Positions 7,848 to 16,979 of a DNA stretch of 20,470 nucleotides are shown one piece after another. The DNA lies in contig JBKSMP010000012.1 in the NCBI GenBank assembly GCA_046881885.1, positions 1 through 20,470 on the forward strand. The letters are read 5' to 3'. The stretch comes from Opitutales bacterium. GTDB lineage: Bacteria; Verrucomicrobiota; Verrucomicrobiia; Opitutales; UBA9783. The notes below the pieces were generated by a model, which was not told the origin of the DNA, did no database searches, and saw only the letters and a program-made list of their open reading frames with translations. Positions within the stretch are counted from its first letter, which is position 1; the number at the start of each line of letters is the position of its first letter. The position numbers and the translations under genes were made by a program.

Positions 7848-10340
7848 CTAATGAACAGATTTTATCCCTTTTTGTAAAGCTAATTTTTTACGTTTTTCAC
7901 GAACCGTTTTTTGCGGCAATACAAAACGAAAAGGATTAAAGGTTAAAGTCCATTGTGGATTTTCGAAAGTACCTTGTACAGAGGCCGCAAAGCCTTTAGA
8001 AATAGGTTGAAATAGTTGGAAAAGTTGCTTCATAATGGGCAATTTTAACTGTTGATAATCCAAGAAAGAAAAATGTACTTTAGCATTTAATTCGCTTGTA
8101 TCGAGATGTAATTCTCCAGAAACATTGGCGCGAGTACTAGGACCTGAAAGAACTGCATTTTGTGTTGAAATATGCTTTTCTGTAAAGGTAAAGTCGGAAA
8201 TTAAACAATCCAATTCAATCGTAGGTTTCCATTTAAACCGCTTTGAAAACAGATGTTGTAGGGGACCTAACAAATGGATTTGGGAAAGCTGTGGATTGTC
8301 AAAACGTACCCAACCTTTTCCCGATACCTGCAATTCCTTTTCTAGGTCTCCATTTCCTTCTAAGGTTAAATCTAGCGTTCCCATATAAGCTGAACGATTT
8401 TTTTCCGGAATAGCGTTATTCCAATTTCTTAAAAGTGGATGTTGCAATAAAAACTCTGTTTGTAAATGGTCGGCCTTTAGCTCAAAATCAAATTGCTTTT
8501 GAAGGCAAGTATAACGTCCCTTAAAAGGTGCGTTGTTACCTACTATTCCCTGTACAGATTCAAAGGAAAAGCTTTCTGGCTTCCAGTGATAACAAAATTT
8601 TAAATCTTGCAGCGGAAAATGATATAAGGAGGTTTGTGGAATAGCCACAATAAGATTCAAGGTTTCTTGAGGATCTGCTTCTGAGTAAAGTTTGCCATTA
8701 AAATCAGACTGAACAAGTGAATTTTTTTGAAACAGATCAGCAATTTTATTACAGTAAGGTTGTTCAATAAAATCATTAATGAGATTTTTCCACGTGCTTA
8801 TGTAAAAATTACCAGAACCCTTAAATTTCCAAAATTCTTCCCCAGTTTTTTCACAATTATAAGGCCAGTGAATCGTACAATTTCCTTCTCCTTCTTGTGT
8901 ATTCAAATTTTTGATATCCAACAAACAATACCCTGGACGATACCCAAAAACAAGATTTAAAGATTTTATCTTAGAGCTTTTGTGTCTGAAATCATCTGCG
9001 GAAACATTACCATATAGTACGTTTTTATTCGAGTCTTTGTTCCAGTGAATAATGAAGTTGGTTTGCGGAAAATTTTTATAAAACTCGAAGTTTTCAAAAA
9101 AAGGCTGCCACCAATTAGGCAAAAAATCCTTTAATGGGTAGGTTAAGTGGGGCGATAGACAACCATCAATCCACAAAAAACCTTTGCTGCTTGCCAAACT
9201 ATGCCCTATACGACACTTAAGCCATTGTTCTTTTCCATAAAATTGTAACTGTCCTAAAAATTGTCGTCCTTTCTGATAGTGACCATAAGCTTGAGCTGAA
9301 GAAAATCTTTCGCCATCTATCAAAAAATCGCGAGTATATGCCGTTGCTCCAAAAGCATTTCTTGTTCCATGCAGTGAGAAAAATAAGTTCTTATCTAAAT
9401 TAATCGAATAAGGGATGGGATAGATTTTTGTGATTGCAGAAAATTTCGGCGTTAACCAACCTTTACACGAAAAAATCTTAAAATCTCGAGAGGTTATATT
9501 AAATGTTCCTTTTCCGGCAAAGTTCAAATCGGAAGAATTCCCTGCAAATGTTACAAAATTATGGTTTCCAACAACAAAATCTTTAGCTTGAAAAAATAAG
9601 GAAAGCTTTTGGAGGTTACCTGCACTCAAATTGCTTAAAAAACAACCATTTTCCCAATGTGAAAAGTTATTTCTTGTTGCTTGAGCTTTCAGAAAAACAT
9701 GAGCGAGATATACTTTCTCGTACCAAACCCCATTTGCCCATAATTTTAAATTTTCCTTTCGGTTTAATGGACACGAAAAACAAAAATCGACCATTTGTAT
9801 ATCCCCGCCCTGTAAACCTTTACCTGCTCCGTAAATCTTTACAGATTGTTTGGAGGAAGTCGCAAGCTTTAAACTTAAATGCTCGATATTGGGAAGCTTT
9901 GTTGTTGAAGATTTCCGAAAAAGTTTGGTTATTTCAGAAATTTTTATACAATTTAAGCAAGAAATTTGTATGTTTTTTATCGTATCGTTCTTCAAATTTA
10001 GAAAGCCACGTATTTTTCCAAATCGGCCATAAAGACGGCCATTAATGGCATAGAAACGTTCTTCCTGATAAGACAACTGGCCATCTTCAATGCAATATTG
10101 GAGTTCTCCAAATAGCGATTTCCAGCGTATTTTTAAATATTTACATGAAAAATTTTTATAATTAAAATTTGAAAATAATAGACAGCGTGATTTTATCTGT
10201 ATTTTTTGAACATTAAGCTGCAGGCGAAGTTTTAACTTATCTAAAAGGCTTTGGGGAAGCTCGCAATCGAATTCGCAAACGGTCAACACGCTTATGCCAA
10301 CAATAAGCAAAATCCATTGTAAAGCTAAAAACTTTCTCAT
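7848..10340 (-). CDS. large N-terminally anchored envelope protein, AsmA-like C-terminus (tentative)
   Basis: The protein is 830 aa with an N-terminal hydrophobic segment (LALQWILLIVGISVLTV) and aromatic, beta-strand-like composition. The C-terminal NVSGELHLDTSELNAKVHFSF...SVQGTFENPQWTLTFNP resembles the G-T-x-x-N-P ending of AsmA, TamB and YhdP-type proteins. Its ATG overlaps the upstream stop as ATGA (10337-10340). Confidence 0.55.
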   Translation of the reverse strand: MRKFLALQWILLIVGISVLTVCEFDCELPQSLLDKLKLRLQLNVQKIQIKSRCLLFSNFNYKNFSCKYLKIRWKSLFGELQYCIEDGQLSYQEERFYAINGRLYGRFGKIRGFLNLKNDTIKNIQISCLNCIKISEITKLFRKSSTTKLPNIEHLSLKLATSSKQSVKIYGAGKGLQGGDIQMVDFCFSCPLNRKENLKLWANGVWYEKVYLAHVFLKAQATRNNFSHWENGCFLSNLSAGNLQKLSLFFQAKDFVVGNHNFVTFAGNSSDLNFAGKGTFNITSRDFKIFSCKGWLTPKFSAITKIYPIPYSINLDKNLFFSLHGTRNAFGATAYTRDFLIDGERFSSAQAYGHYQKGRQFLGQLQFYGKEQWLKCRIGHSLASSKGFLWIDGCLSPHLTYPLKDFLPNWWQPFFENFEFYKNFPQTNFIIHWNKDSNKNVLYGNVSADDFRHKSSKIKSLNLVFGYRPGYCLLDIKNLNTQEGEGNCTIHWPYNCEKTGEEFWKFKGSGNFYISTWKNLINDFIEQPYCNKIADLFQKNSLVQSDFNGKLYSEADPQETLNLIVAIPQTSLYHFPLQDLKFCYHWKPESFSFESVQGIVGNNAPFKGRYTCLQKQFDFELKADHLQTEFLLQHPLLRNWNNAIPEKNRSAYMGTLDLTLEGNGDLEKELQVSGKGWVRFDNPQLSQIHLLGPLQHLFSKRFKWKPTIELDCLISDFTFTEKHISTQNAVLSGPSTRANVSGELHLDTSELNAKVHFSFLDYQQLKLPIMKQLFQLFQPISKGFAASVQGTFENPQWTLTFNPFRFVLPQKTVREKRKKLALQKGIKSVH

Positions 10341-12070
10341 AAATCCCTAGAATTCCAGACAGAGGACATTTTATCCCAATAAGGTTTATGTGTTATTTGG
10401 AAAAGAGTATCGATCCAATCTTGTGATAAGGTAAAGGTTTGATCGTCATAACGTCCTGATTGAAAATCTCCATTGAGACGTTCCCAAAAACATAATTCAT
10501 AGGACCGTTTTTCTTGTGTAGACGTTTGAGTTGTAAAGATAATGCGTTGTGGATTTCTGGGTACTATATGAAAATCTACAGGAGTCTTTAACCATTTTTT
10601 AGCTTGTAAAAACCGCAAGGTTTGCAATTGTTTTGCACTAAAATGAGGTTGTACGGTAAGTTTTTCCCCATTTTCTTTTATCCATTCGACCGCAACTAAT
10701 TTTTCATCTTTTTCCCATTGCCATAAGGTTTTTTCTTGAAAGTGTTCTGCCGTTAATTCGGCTAAATCAGATGCGACTAATGTTAATTGGAACCAAGCAG
10801 CATCGTTTTCTAATTGTAAGAAATAGGTATGGTCTTGGTAATAAAAATTACAATGGTATGGCTTATTGTCAGCTGTTACGGTTAACTTAAAAGATGTATA
10901 GGTTTCTAACGAAGGCAATTCATTGGGTGTCAAGAACTTCTCAACATACAAACTATTAATAAGACGAATAAAGCGTTTAATTGCCTTTGGTGCTGCTTTT
11001 TGCGCTTGAACAAAACTATCATTTGCGCTTTCAATCACTTCCCATTTTCCTCCTGAAATGGCTTGCAAGGTAATACCCAAAGCATCACGTTGATAAGTGA
11101 TTTGGTTGATAGCATCGAGCTTGAAATCAAATAAATTCCTTTCTCGCAAAGTTTCTTGTGCATGTAAAAGTCGCTCTATAACGTTCGATTTGAAGACAAA
11201 TAAAGGTCCCGTTTCATTCCGTTGTGCAATATACGTTTTTCCATCGGCAACATCTGTATCTGGAAGTATTTTAAAAAGCTTCGATTGTTGTTTGTCGCTT
11301 ATTTTTAGATGGTAGGTTTGTGTATCGGAAGCAAATTGAGGAATCCATTTTTCCAATTCTGATGGAGTTAAAAAATGTTTCAATTCCAATGTCTGCAATT
11401 GCGTACAAATAGTTTCTACATGGCTTGAATTGGCCTTAGCTTCTACAGGTGTTTTGATAAACCAATCCTGGGCTTGTTTTTGTAAATAAAGATTACTTTG
11501 AGGTGTATCAAAAGCTAAAGTTTGAATGGTCTCAAGGGTACAAAAAAATGGTTTACTCCATTCCTCTAATGATCGACAAAAACTCTCCATGAATTGCGGT
11601 TTTAGAACAAAAATCTTGTTAGTTTCATTTTCAAATACATAGATTTTATCATTGGATGCGTGTACTGTACTGATTTGTAATAAATAAGTATGTTCTTGGG
11701 TATTGCATTTTATTGTGCAAAATGGTGTTGTAAGTCCGTAATTTTCTAAATCTTTTTTATCTTTTACATCAAAGGCCAAAAGTGGTTTTAAAAGAGCTAA
11801 TTCTTTTAAAAATTGATCAACCGCCAACGGATTTGCTTCCCATTCTACTGGGTAGGTTAACTTCCAAAGTCGATCTTCTTTGACAAGCTGTATATGGGTT
11901 TTGGGTTCAGAAAAGTTGAAGTCTATAGCTTGAATTTGGATGGCTTCTTGCTGTATTTTTAACTCCGGACTTATGGATATATTTTGTGGATGCGATTTAA
12001 TGTAAAACCAAACACTTATCCAGGCTCCATTTAGTAAAAGAAGAAAACAAGTAAGTCCTAGGCGCAACAT
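10337..12070 (-). CDS. membrane-anchored periplasmic protein, DUF4340-like by position
   Basis: The protein is 577 aa with a single N-terminal TM helix (LTCFLLLLNGAWISVWFYI). It starts 3 nt after the GldG-like gene. The family assignment rests on the recurrent ABC, ABC-2, GldG, DUF4340 gene order, not on a motif I can read. Confidence 0.5.
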   Translation of the reverse strand: MLRLGLTCFLLLLNGAWISVWFYIKSHPQNISISPELKIQQEAIQIQAIDFNFSEPKTHIQLVKEDRLWKLTYPVEWEANPLAVDQFLKELALLKPLLAFDVKDKKDLENYGLTTPFCTIKCNTQEHTYLLQISTVHASNDKIYVFENETNKIFVLKPQFMESFCRSLEEWSKPFFCTLETIQTLAFDTPQSNLYLQKQAQDWFIKTPVEAKANSSHVETICTQLQTLELKHFLTPSELEKWIPQFASDTQTYHLKISDKQQSKLFKILPDTDVADGKTYIAQRNETGPLFVFKSNVIERLLHAQETLRERNLFDFKLDAINQITYQRDALGITLQAISGGKWEVIESANDSFVQAQKAAPKAIKRFIRLINSLYVEKFLTPNELPSLETYTSFKLTVTADNKPYHCNFYYQDHTYFLQLENDAAWFQLTLVASDLAELTAEHFQEKTLWQWEKDEKLVAVEWIKENGEKLTVQPHFSAKQLQTLRFLQAKKWLKTPVDFHIVPRNPQRIIFTTQTSTQEKRSYELCFWERLNGDFQSGRYDDQTFTLSQDWIDTLFQITHKPYWDKMSSVWNSRDL

Positions 12071-12073
12071 AAA

Positions 12074-13495
12074 TTATTCCTTTCGTAATACACTGGTCAT
12101 TAACCCTATAATGAAGAAAATAAAGGGAAGAATTAAAAAATTAAGCGTTAATAATAAAAACTTTTGTTGCGATAATGTAATTTTCAGAGGTGCCTCCATT
12201 TCAACCGTAAATTGTGGCGTATGGATTTCGTTTTCTAAATACTGACAAATTTGCATAAAAAACGGCTTATTCCCTAAGGCATTAATATGGCCGTTATCAA
12301 GCCAGTCGGCACAGGCTACAAAAACGCTTTTCCCAAGCGGTAGTTTTAAATTAAAATTATTGTTTTTAACAGAAGTATATAGCGAACAAAGAATATGCGG
12401 ACCTCTTATATCACGTGTAGGATTAAACGATAAGTCTTTAAAGGTTTCAGAATGTTTGGCCCAACTCGTTTCAGAAGAAAAAGCACAATGCTCGCACCGA
12501 TCATCCTTTTTAAGTTCTTGTAACATGGTTGTAAGACCAAAGAGCAAACCTACATTTTTATTCACAATAGCTTGCGTTAAAACATTTGGTTTGAATCTAC
12601 GAACAATTAAATTACCATTTGTACTTACAAAATCTTTACTTTCATCAAGCAATAAACTTCCATCACAGTATAAACCAATCGCTTCTAATAAGGGATTTAG
12701 ACCATGTTCATAAATTGGATGTAATCCAACAAAAAGGTGCCCATTGCGTTTTAATAGAAATTCTTTTATAACATCACATTCTTGGGGCAAAAAAGGTAGT
12801 TGTGGACCACAAATAAAGAGCGTATTGGCATCTTCGGGTAAGGTCAAACAATCGTCTATGTACTTTACTTCAAAATTAAGCTGTTGAAGCAGTTGACAAA
12901 CACTTGAACCTCCACGTTCTAGGTGGACATTTTTGCCATCTAGTTCCCCGTGACCTGTACACCAATAAAGGATTTTGGGAGGATTAGATAACTGCGTCAA
13001 GGTTGTTAGTAACGTACTTTCGCCTACAAAATGTTCTTCGTGAAAAAACTCTTCTTTTGTTAAGAACTTATTGCGTTCTCCCAAAACGACCAAAACACCT
13101 TCTGTTTCTGAAAAGCTATACTTTTCTTTCAACCACAAAATTTCTTGCGGCATTTTTAAAGAATGCAGAGAACGAAAAGAGAGTGATGTATTTAAGCCTA
13201 TACACGCTTCCTGAAAGGTTCGCATTAAGTCTTTAAAATAAGATTCAAAGTTTGTTTCTTCTTCATGCCCGTCGTTTAACAAAAAGATTTTAACAGGCTG
13301 TGAAAGGGTTTTAAGAAAAGCCTTGGTTTCTGTATGCAGTGTATGATTGCGTTTTTTTGAAAAGTCAAAACGAAGATGGCAGTGGGTCAGAGTAAGTTGT
13401 AAGCCTAGTAAAAGTGTTATTAATAAAACAATTTGCAAACAACCATTGGCAATTCGAACGCGATTAAAATATTTGAAATTATCTAACAAGCTCAT
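12074..13495 (-). CDS. GldG-like auxiliary component of an ABC-2 transporter (ABC_transp_aux-type)
   Basis: The protein is 473 aa with an N-terminal TM helix (IANGCLQIVLLITLLLGLQL) and a C-terminal TM helix (LLLTLNFLILPFIFFIIGLMTSVL) bracketing a large soluble domain. It has an ATGA overlap with the permease gene (13492-13495). Confidence 0.65.
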   Translation of the reverse strand: MSLLDNFKYFNRVRIANGCLQIVLLITLLLGLQLTLTHCHLRFDFSKKRNHTLHTETKAFLKTLSQPVKIFLLNDGHEEETNFESYFKDLMRTFQEACIGLNTSLSFRSLHSLKMPQEILWLKEKYSFSETEGVLVVLGERNKFLTKEEFFHEEHFVGESTLLTTLTQLSNPPKILYWCTGHGELDGKNVHLERGGSSVCQLLQQLNFEVKYIDDCLTLPEDANTLFICGPQLPFLPQECDVIKEFLLKRNGHLFVGLHPIYEHGLNPLLEAIGLYCDGSLLLDESKDFVSTNGNLIVRRFKPNVLTQAIVNKNVGLLFGLTTMLQELKKDDRCEHCAFSSETSWAKHSETFKDLSFNPTRDIRGPHILCSLYTSVKNNNFNLKLPLGKSVFVACADWLDNGHINALGNKPFFMQICQYLENEIHTPQFTVEMEAPLKITLSQQKFLLLTLNFLILPFIFFIIGLMTSVLRKE

Positions 13496-14238
13496 CGCAA
13501 TAATTTATTTTCTAAAACTGTTGTTGTTAAGATAAAAAACAAAAGGCCGCCTCCTATGTGAAAAAGCAGAGGCCGAATATCTAAGCTTCCTTTACAAAGA
13601 TCATCTAATTGCTGAAAACAATCCATGTAGATACCTAAATCATTTTCCAAATAGCCAATTTCGCAAAAGATTTTAATACAAACAAGGCCAATAAAGAGAA
13701 AACAAAAGCACAAAAACCCTGCTAGGGATTGTGTACGTGTTAAGCTGCTTGCAAATACACCGATACAAATAAAGAGGAAACTACTGCTACAAATGAAAAT
13801 AAGGCCTCCTATCAATGGCGTCGATTGAATAAGGGGTGCCGACAAATCTCCTTGTAAATGGTAATCTGCAAAAAAAGGATAAATTAAATTGAGTCCCCAT
13901 AACAAAAGATAAAAACAATAAACTGAAAAAACTTTACTTAAAACAAGACTCCTCGTACCAATGGGGGTGGAAAGAAGACTTTCTAAAATCCCAGAACGTT
14001 GATCTTCCGATAGCGTACGCATCGTTAGTAAAGGAATAATAAACAAGCTAGGAATCCAAAAAATTTCAAAAAAACTTTGCAAACAAGGGGTTGTTGTTGG
14101 ATTTTGGGCATTTAAGAACAAAATATAGAGAAAGTTAAAGCCCATAATAAAAAGAAATAATGCAGCAATAAAGTAAGAACTTGCGTGTCGTTTTAGTCGA
14201 TGGATTTCTTGCAAAAATAATAAATAAAAGCTCTTCAT
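13492..14238 (-). CDS. ABC-2 type permease (GldF-like)
   Basis: This is a polytopic hydrophobic protein of ~248 aa. The ATG at 14238 forms an ATGA overlap with the ATPase stop, which I prefer to the track start at 14256. Confidence 0.8.
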   Translation of the reverse strand: MKSFYLLFLQEIHRLKRHASSYFIAALFLFIMGFNFLYILFLNAQNPTTTPCLQSFFEIFWIPSLFIIPLLTMRTLSEDQRSGILESLLSTPIGTRSLVLSKVFSVYCFYLLLWGLNLIYPFFADYHLQGDLSAPLIQSTPLIGGLIFICSSSFLFICIGVFASSLTRTQSLAGFLCFCFLFIGLVCIKIFCEIGYLENDLGIYMDCFQQLDDLCKGSLDIRPLLFHIGGGLLFFILTTTVLENKLLR

Positions 14239-15194
14239 GGTTGCGTTTTTTTCCAAGCAAATTGCGTCAATTTAAGGAAAAGCGATTCTAAAGTTGGTTC
14301 GTTTTTAAAAAATTGTTGTACACTGTATCCTTTTGCGAAAATCCATGCCATCAAATCTTTCTCAAAGTTTGCATGATTGCATTGTGTCTCTAATATAAAA
14401 GTAGACGATGATTCTTGTTTTTCTTGCTTTACACAGCGTATATCAAAAGAAGATTGTTTCAAGTCTTCTAAGAAAGAATCCCAAGGGTTTCCTAAAATAA
14501 GCGTATATCGTATTTGTTTAAAATAGTGGTTTCGTAAATTTTCAGAAGTACCATTTGCTACCAATTCTCCTTGATGAATGATAAGCAATTGCGAACAAGC
14601 TGCTTCGATTTCAGGTAAAATATGACTCGAGAAAATGACCGTTGCCTCACCACGTAATTGTTGCAAAAGATCACGAATCCCCAAAATTTGATGTGGATCT
14701 AGACCAATCGTAGGTTCGTCCAATATAATCAGTTGTGGACGTCCTAATAAGGCTTCTGCGATACCTACCCTTTGTCGAAAACCTTTAGAGAGGGTACCTA
14801 TCATCTTTTTAGCTGCAGTCCGTTTAAGATCACAGCGCTCCATAACATAACCTACCGCATTGGAAACCTTTTCAATACGCTTCAATTGTGCACGAAACCG
14901 CAAAAATTCCTCCACGCGCATATCGTCCGGCAACGGGTTGTTTTCAGGCATATAACCGAGGCTGGCTTTAAGCGTCTGTAGATGTGTTGTTAAGGGCATT
15001 TTGTTGATATAAACACAACCTTCTGTAGCAGGCAATAGACCGCACAAAATTCGCAAAGTCGTACTTTTCCCAGCCCCATTTGGACCTAAAAAACCAACAA
15101 TCTCTCCTGGCTTTATTTCGAAATTCAATTTTCGAATAGCGGCTTTAGACCCATAGAATTTACTTAAATTTTTTACAATAATCTCTGCCGCCAT
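14235..15194 (-). CDS. ABC transporter ATP-binding protein (GldA/CcmA-like exporter ATPase)
   Basis: Motifs seen: Walker A GPNGAGKST, signature LSKGFRQRVGIA, Walker B LIILDEPTIGLD and H-loop SSHIL. I prefer the ATG at 15194 (MAAEIIVKNLSKFYG) to the track's TTG at 15239. Confidence 0.9.
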   Translation of the reverse strand: MAAEIIVKNLSKFYGSKAAIRKLNFEIKPGEIVGFLGPNGAGKSTTLRILCGLLPATEGCVYINKMPLTTHLQTLKASLGYMPENNPLPDDMRVEEFLRFRAQLKRIEKVSNAVGYVMERCDLKRTAAKKMIGTLSKGFRQRVGIAEALLGRPQLIILDEPTIGLDPHQILGIRDLLQQLRGEATVIFSSHILPEIEAACSQLLIIHQGELVANGTSENLRNHYFKQIRYTLILGNPWDSFLEDLKQSSFDIRCVKQEKQESSSTFILETQCNHANFEKDLMAWIFAKGYSVQQFFKNEPTLESLFLKLTQFAWKKTQP

Positions 15195-15374
15195 AATTAC
15201 AAACACTATTAGTTTTCCAAAAAATTTCTTATGAATCAACTCTTTTTCAACGTAAAATAAACGAACGGGATAAAACGTGCTAACGCTATTAAGCTACATC
15301 CTAAAATTGCTAAAAAAATACCTTTACTTCAAAAATGAATTCACGTAGTGTAAATCAGAACATTAACAGTTTGC

Positions 15375-16151
15375 ATGGATGTAACTGAAAAAATTGCTTT
15401 AAGGCATGTTAATAAAGTTTTTTTATCGGAACGAGGTCCGGTTAAAGTTTTAGAAAATCTTTCTTTTTCTGTAAAAAAAGGAGAGTTTGTAGCTATTTTA
15501 GGAGCAAGTGGTTGTGGAAAATCGACACTTTTAAATCTTATTGCAGGGTTGGATTCTGCTACTTCAGGGGAAATTTTTGTTAACGAGGATGATACGAAAC
15601 AACCTGAGCGTCATCGTATGATGTTGTTCCAAGAATCTGCTTTATTTCCTTGGTACAATGTAATCGAAAATGTAATGTATGGCCTTCGTTTTAAGCAAGG
15701 GTTGGATAAGTCGGCATATTACGATGTTGCACTGTATTATCTTTCTCTTGTAGGCTTAAAAAATCATGCCAATTCTCGTGTTTATCAATTGTCTGGAGGC
15801 ATGAAACAGCGGGTGGCTTTAGCGCGAGCACTTGCGCCCAATCCAGAAATTTTGCTTATGGATGAGCCTTTCAGCGCTCTCGATGCTCTTACTAGTGAGC
15901 AACTTTATCGTTATGTGCAATCGATTTGGGAATCACAACAGAAAACAGTTCTATTAGTTACGCATAATGTCCGTGAGGCAGTTGTTTTAGCGCAACGTAT
16001 CCTAATATTAGCGCCTCATTCTGGTAAGCTTTTAAAAGAAATAGAAGTAAATTTGCCCTATAAGCGCACTATTTACGATCCAGAGGTATTAAAAAAAGCA
16101 GATGAAATTTTTTCTATTCTGCACAATGAAACAAATTATGAACTTTCTTAA
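15375..16151 (+). CDS. ABC transporter ATP-binding protein, nitrate/sulfonate/taurine (NitT/TauT) type
   Basis: Motifs seen: Walker A GASGCGKST, FQESALFPW, signature LSGGMKQRVALARAL and Walker B ILLMDEPFSALD. Confidence 0.9.
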   Translation: MDVTEKIALRHVNKVFLSERGPVKVLENLSFSVKKGEFVAILGASGCGKSTLLNLIAGLDSATSGEIFVNEDDTKQPERHRMMLFQESALFPWYNVIENVMYGLRFKQGLDKSAYYDVALYYLSLVGLKNHANSRVYQLSGGMKQRVALARALAPNPEILLMDEPFSALDALTSEQLYRYVQSIWESQQKTVLLVTHNVREAVVLAQRILILAPHSGKLLKEIEVNLPYKRTIYDPEVLKKADEIFSILHNETNYELS

Positions 16152-16911
16152 ACGACCCTTTGTTCAATCTTTATTGTACTTCTTTTTAGCTGTTGTATTA
16201 TGGCAATGGATAGCAAGTTTTGAAAATTATTCGGACTTGTTTTTTCCCAAACCTATGCAAGTCGTTCATTTTTTATGGGAAGGATTTGTAAGCAATGGTA
16301 TACTTTGGTCTGCTATTGCAATTAGCTTTAAACGGTTAATTGTAGGATATTTATTAAGTGTTTGTGTGGGTATTCCATTGGGAATGTTTTGCTCGCATTC
16401 AAATTTTTTAAAAAATACCATTCGTAAGTTAGCCCTCGGTTTTCAAACGCTTCCAAGTATTTGTTGGGTACCCCTGACTTTGCTTTGGTTTGGACAAAGT
16501 GATACAGCCATTATTTTTGTGGTTATAATGGGTTCTATATGGTCTCTTATGCTGAGTACTGAGCAAAGTGTACAACGGGTTCCTGAGATTTATATTCGTG
16601 CAGCTACTACTATGGGGGCTCGAAAATTTGTTCTTTTCAGAACTGTTGTTTTTCCGGCAATTTTACCGTCGCTTGTAGTTTCCATGAAGCATAGTTGGGC
16701 TTTTGCTTGGCGTTCCCTTATGTCTGCTGAAATTTATATTAGCGCAATTAGCGGCCTTGGGCTTGGTCAACTTCTCCATTATGGACGCGAGGTTCAGGCT
16801 ATGGATCAAGTTGTAAGCATTATCTTTATCCTTACACTTATAGGTTTGTTTATCGAACATTACTTATTTTTGCCTATCGAGAAGCTCATCGAAAAACGTT
16901 GGGGAAAATAG
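16102..16911 (+). CDS. ABC importer permease (binding-protein-dependent transport family, SsuC/TauC-like)
   Basis: This is a polytopic protein with an EAA-type loop (AATTMGARKFVLFRTVVFPAILP). The start is ambiguous: ATGs at 16102, 16126 and 16138 all overlap the ATPase 3' end. Confidence 0.85.
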   Translation: MKFFLFCTMKQIMNFLKRPFVQSLLYFFLAVVLWQWIASFENYSDLFFPKPMQVVHFLWEGFVSNGILWSAIAISFKRLIVGYLLSVCVGIPLGMFCSHSNFLKNTIRKLALGFQTLPSICWVPLTLLWFGQSDTAIIFVVIMGSIWSLMLSTEQSVQRVPEIYIRAATTMGARKFVLFRTVVFPAILPSLVVSMKHSWAFAWRSLMSAEIYISAISGLGLGQLLHYGREVQAMDQVVSIIFILTLIGLFIEHYLFLPIEKLIEKRWGK

Positions 16912-16979
16912 TTCTAGTTTTAAGTTGAAAATTAGGTAGATAGGAGGGAGATTGGGAGGTAAATGGAAAAAAGGAGAAA

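Noticed and set aside
8125-13535. Plus-strand ORFs of 60-128 aa opposite the minus-strand operon: 8125..8388, 8727..8960, 9659..10045, 9850..10032, 11097..11315, 12360..12713, 13003..13236, 13347..13535. Also similar shadow ORFs elsewhere: 5631..5813, 7317..7550, 14772..14981, 16663..16860, 18020..18223 and 19927..20109.
   Set aside because: They are antisense to, or out of frame with, long well-supported genes. They have no SD or start context and no recognisable motifs.
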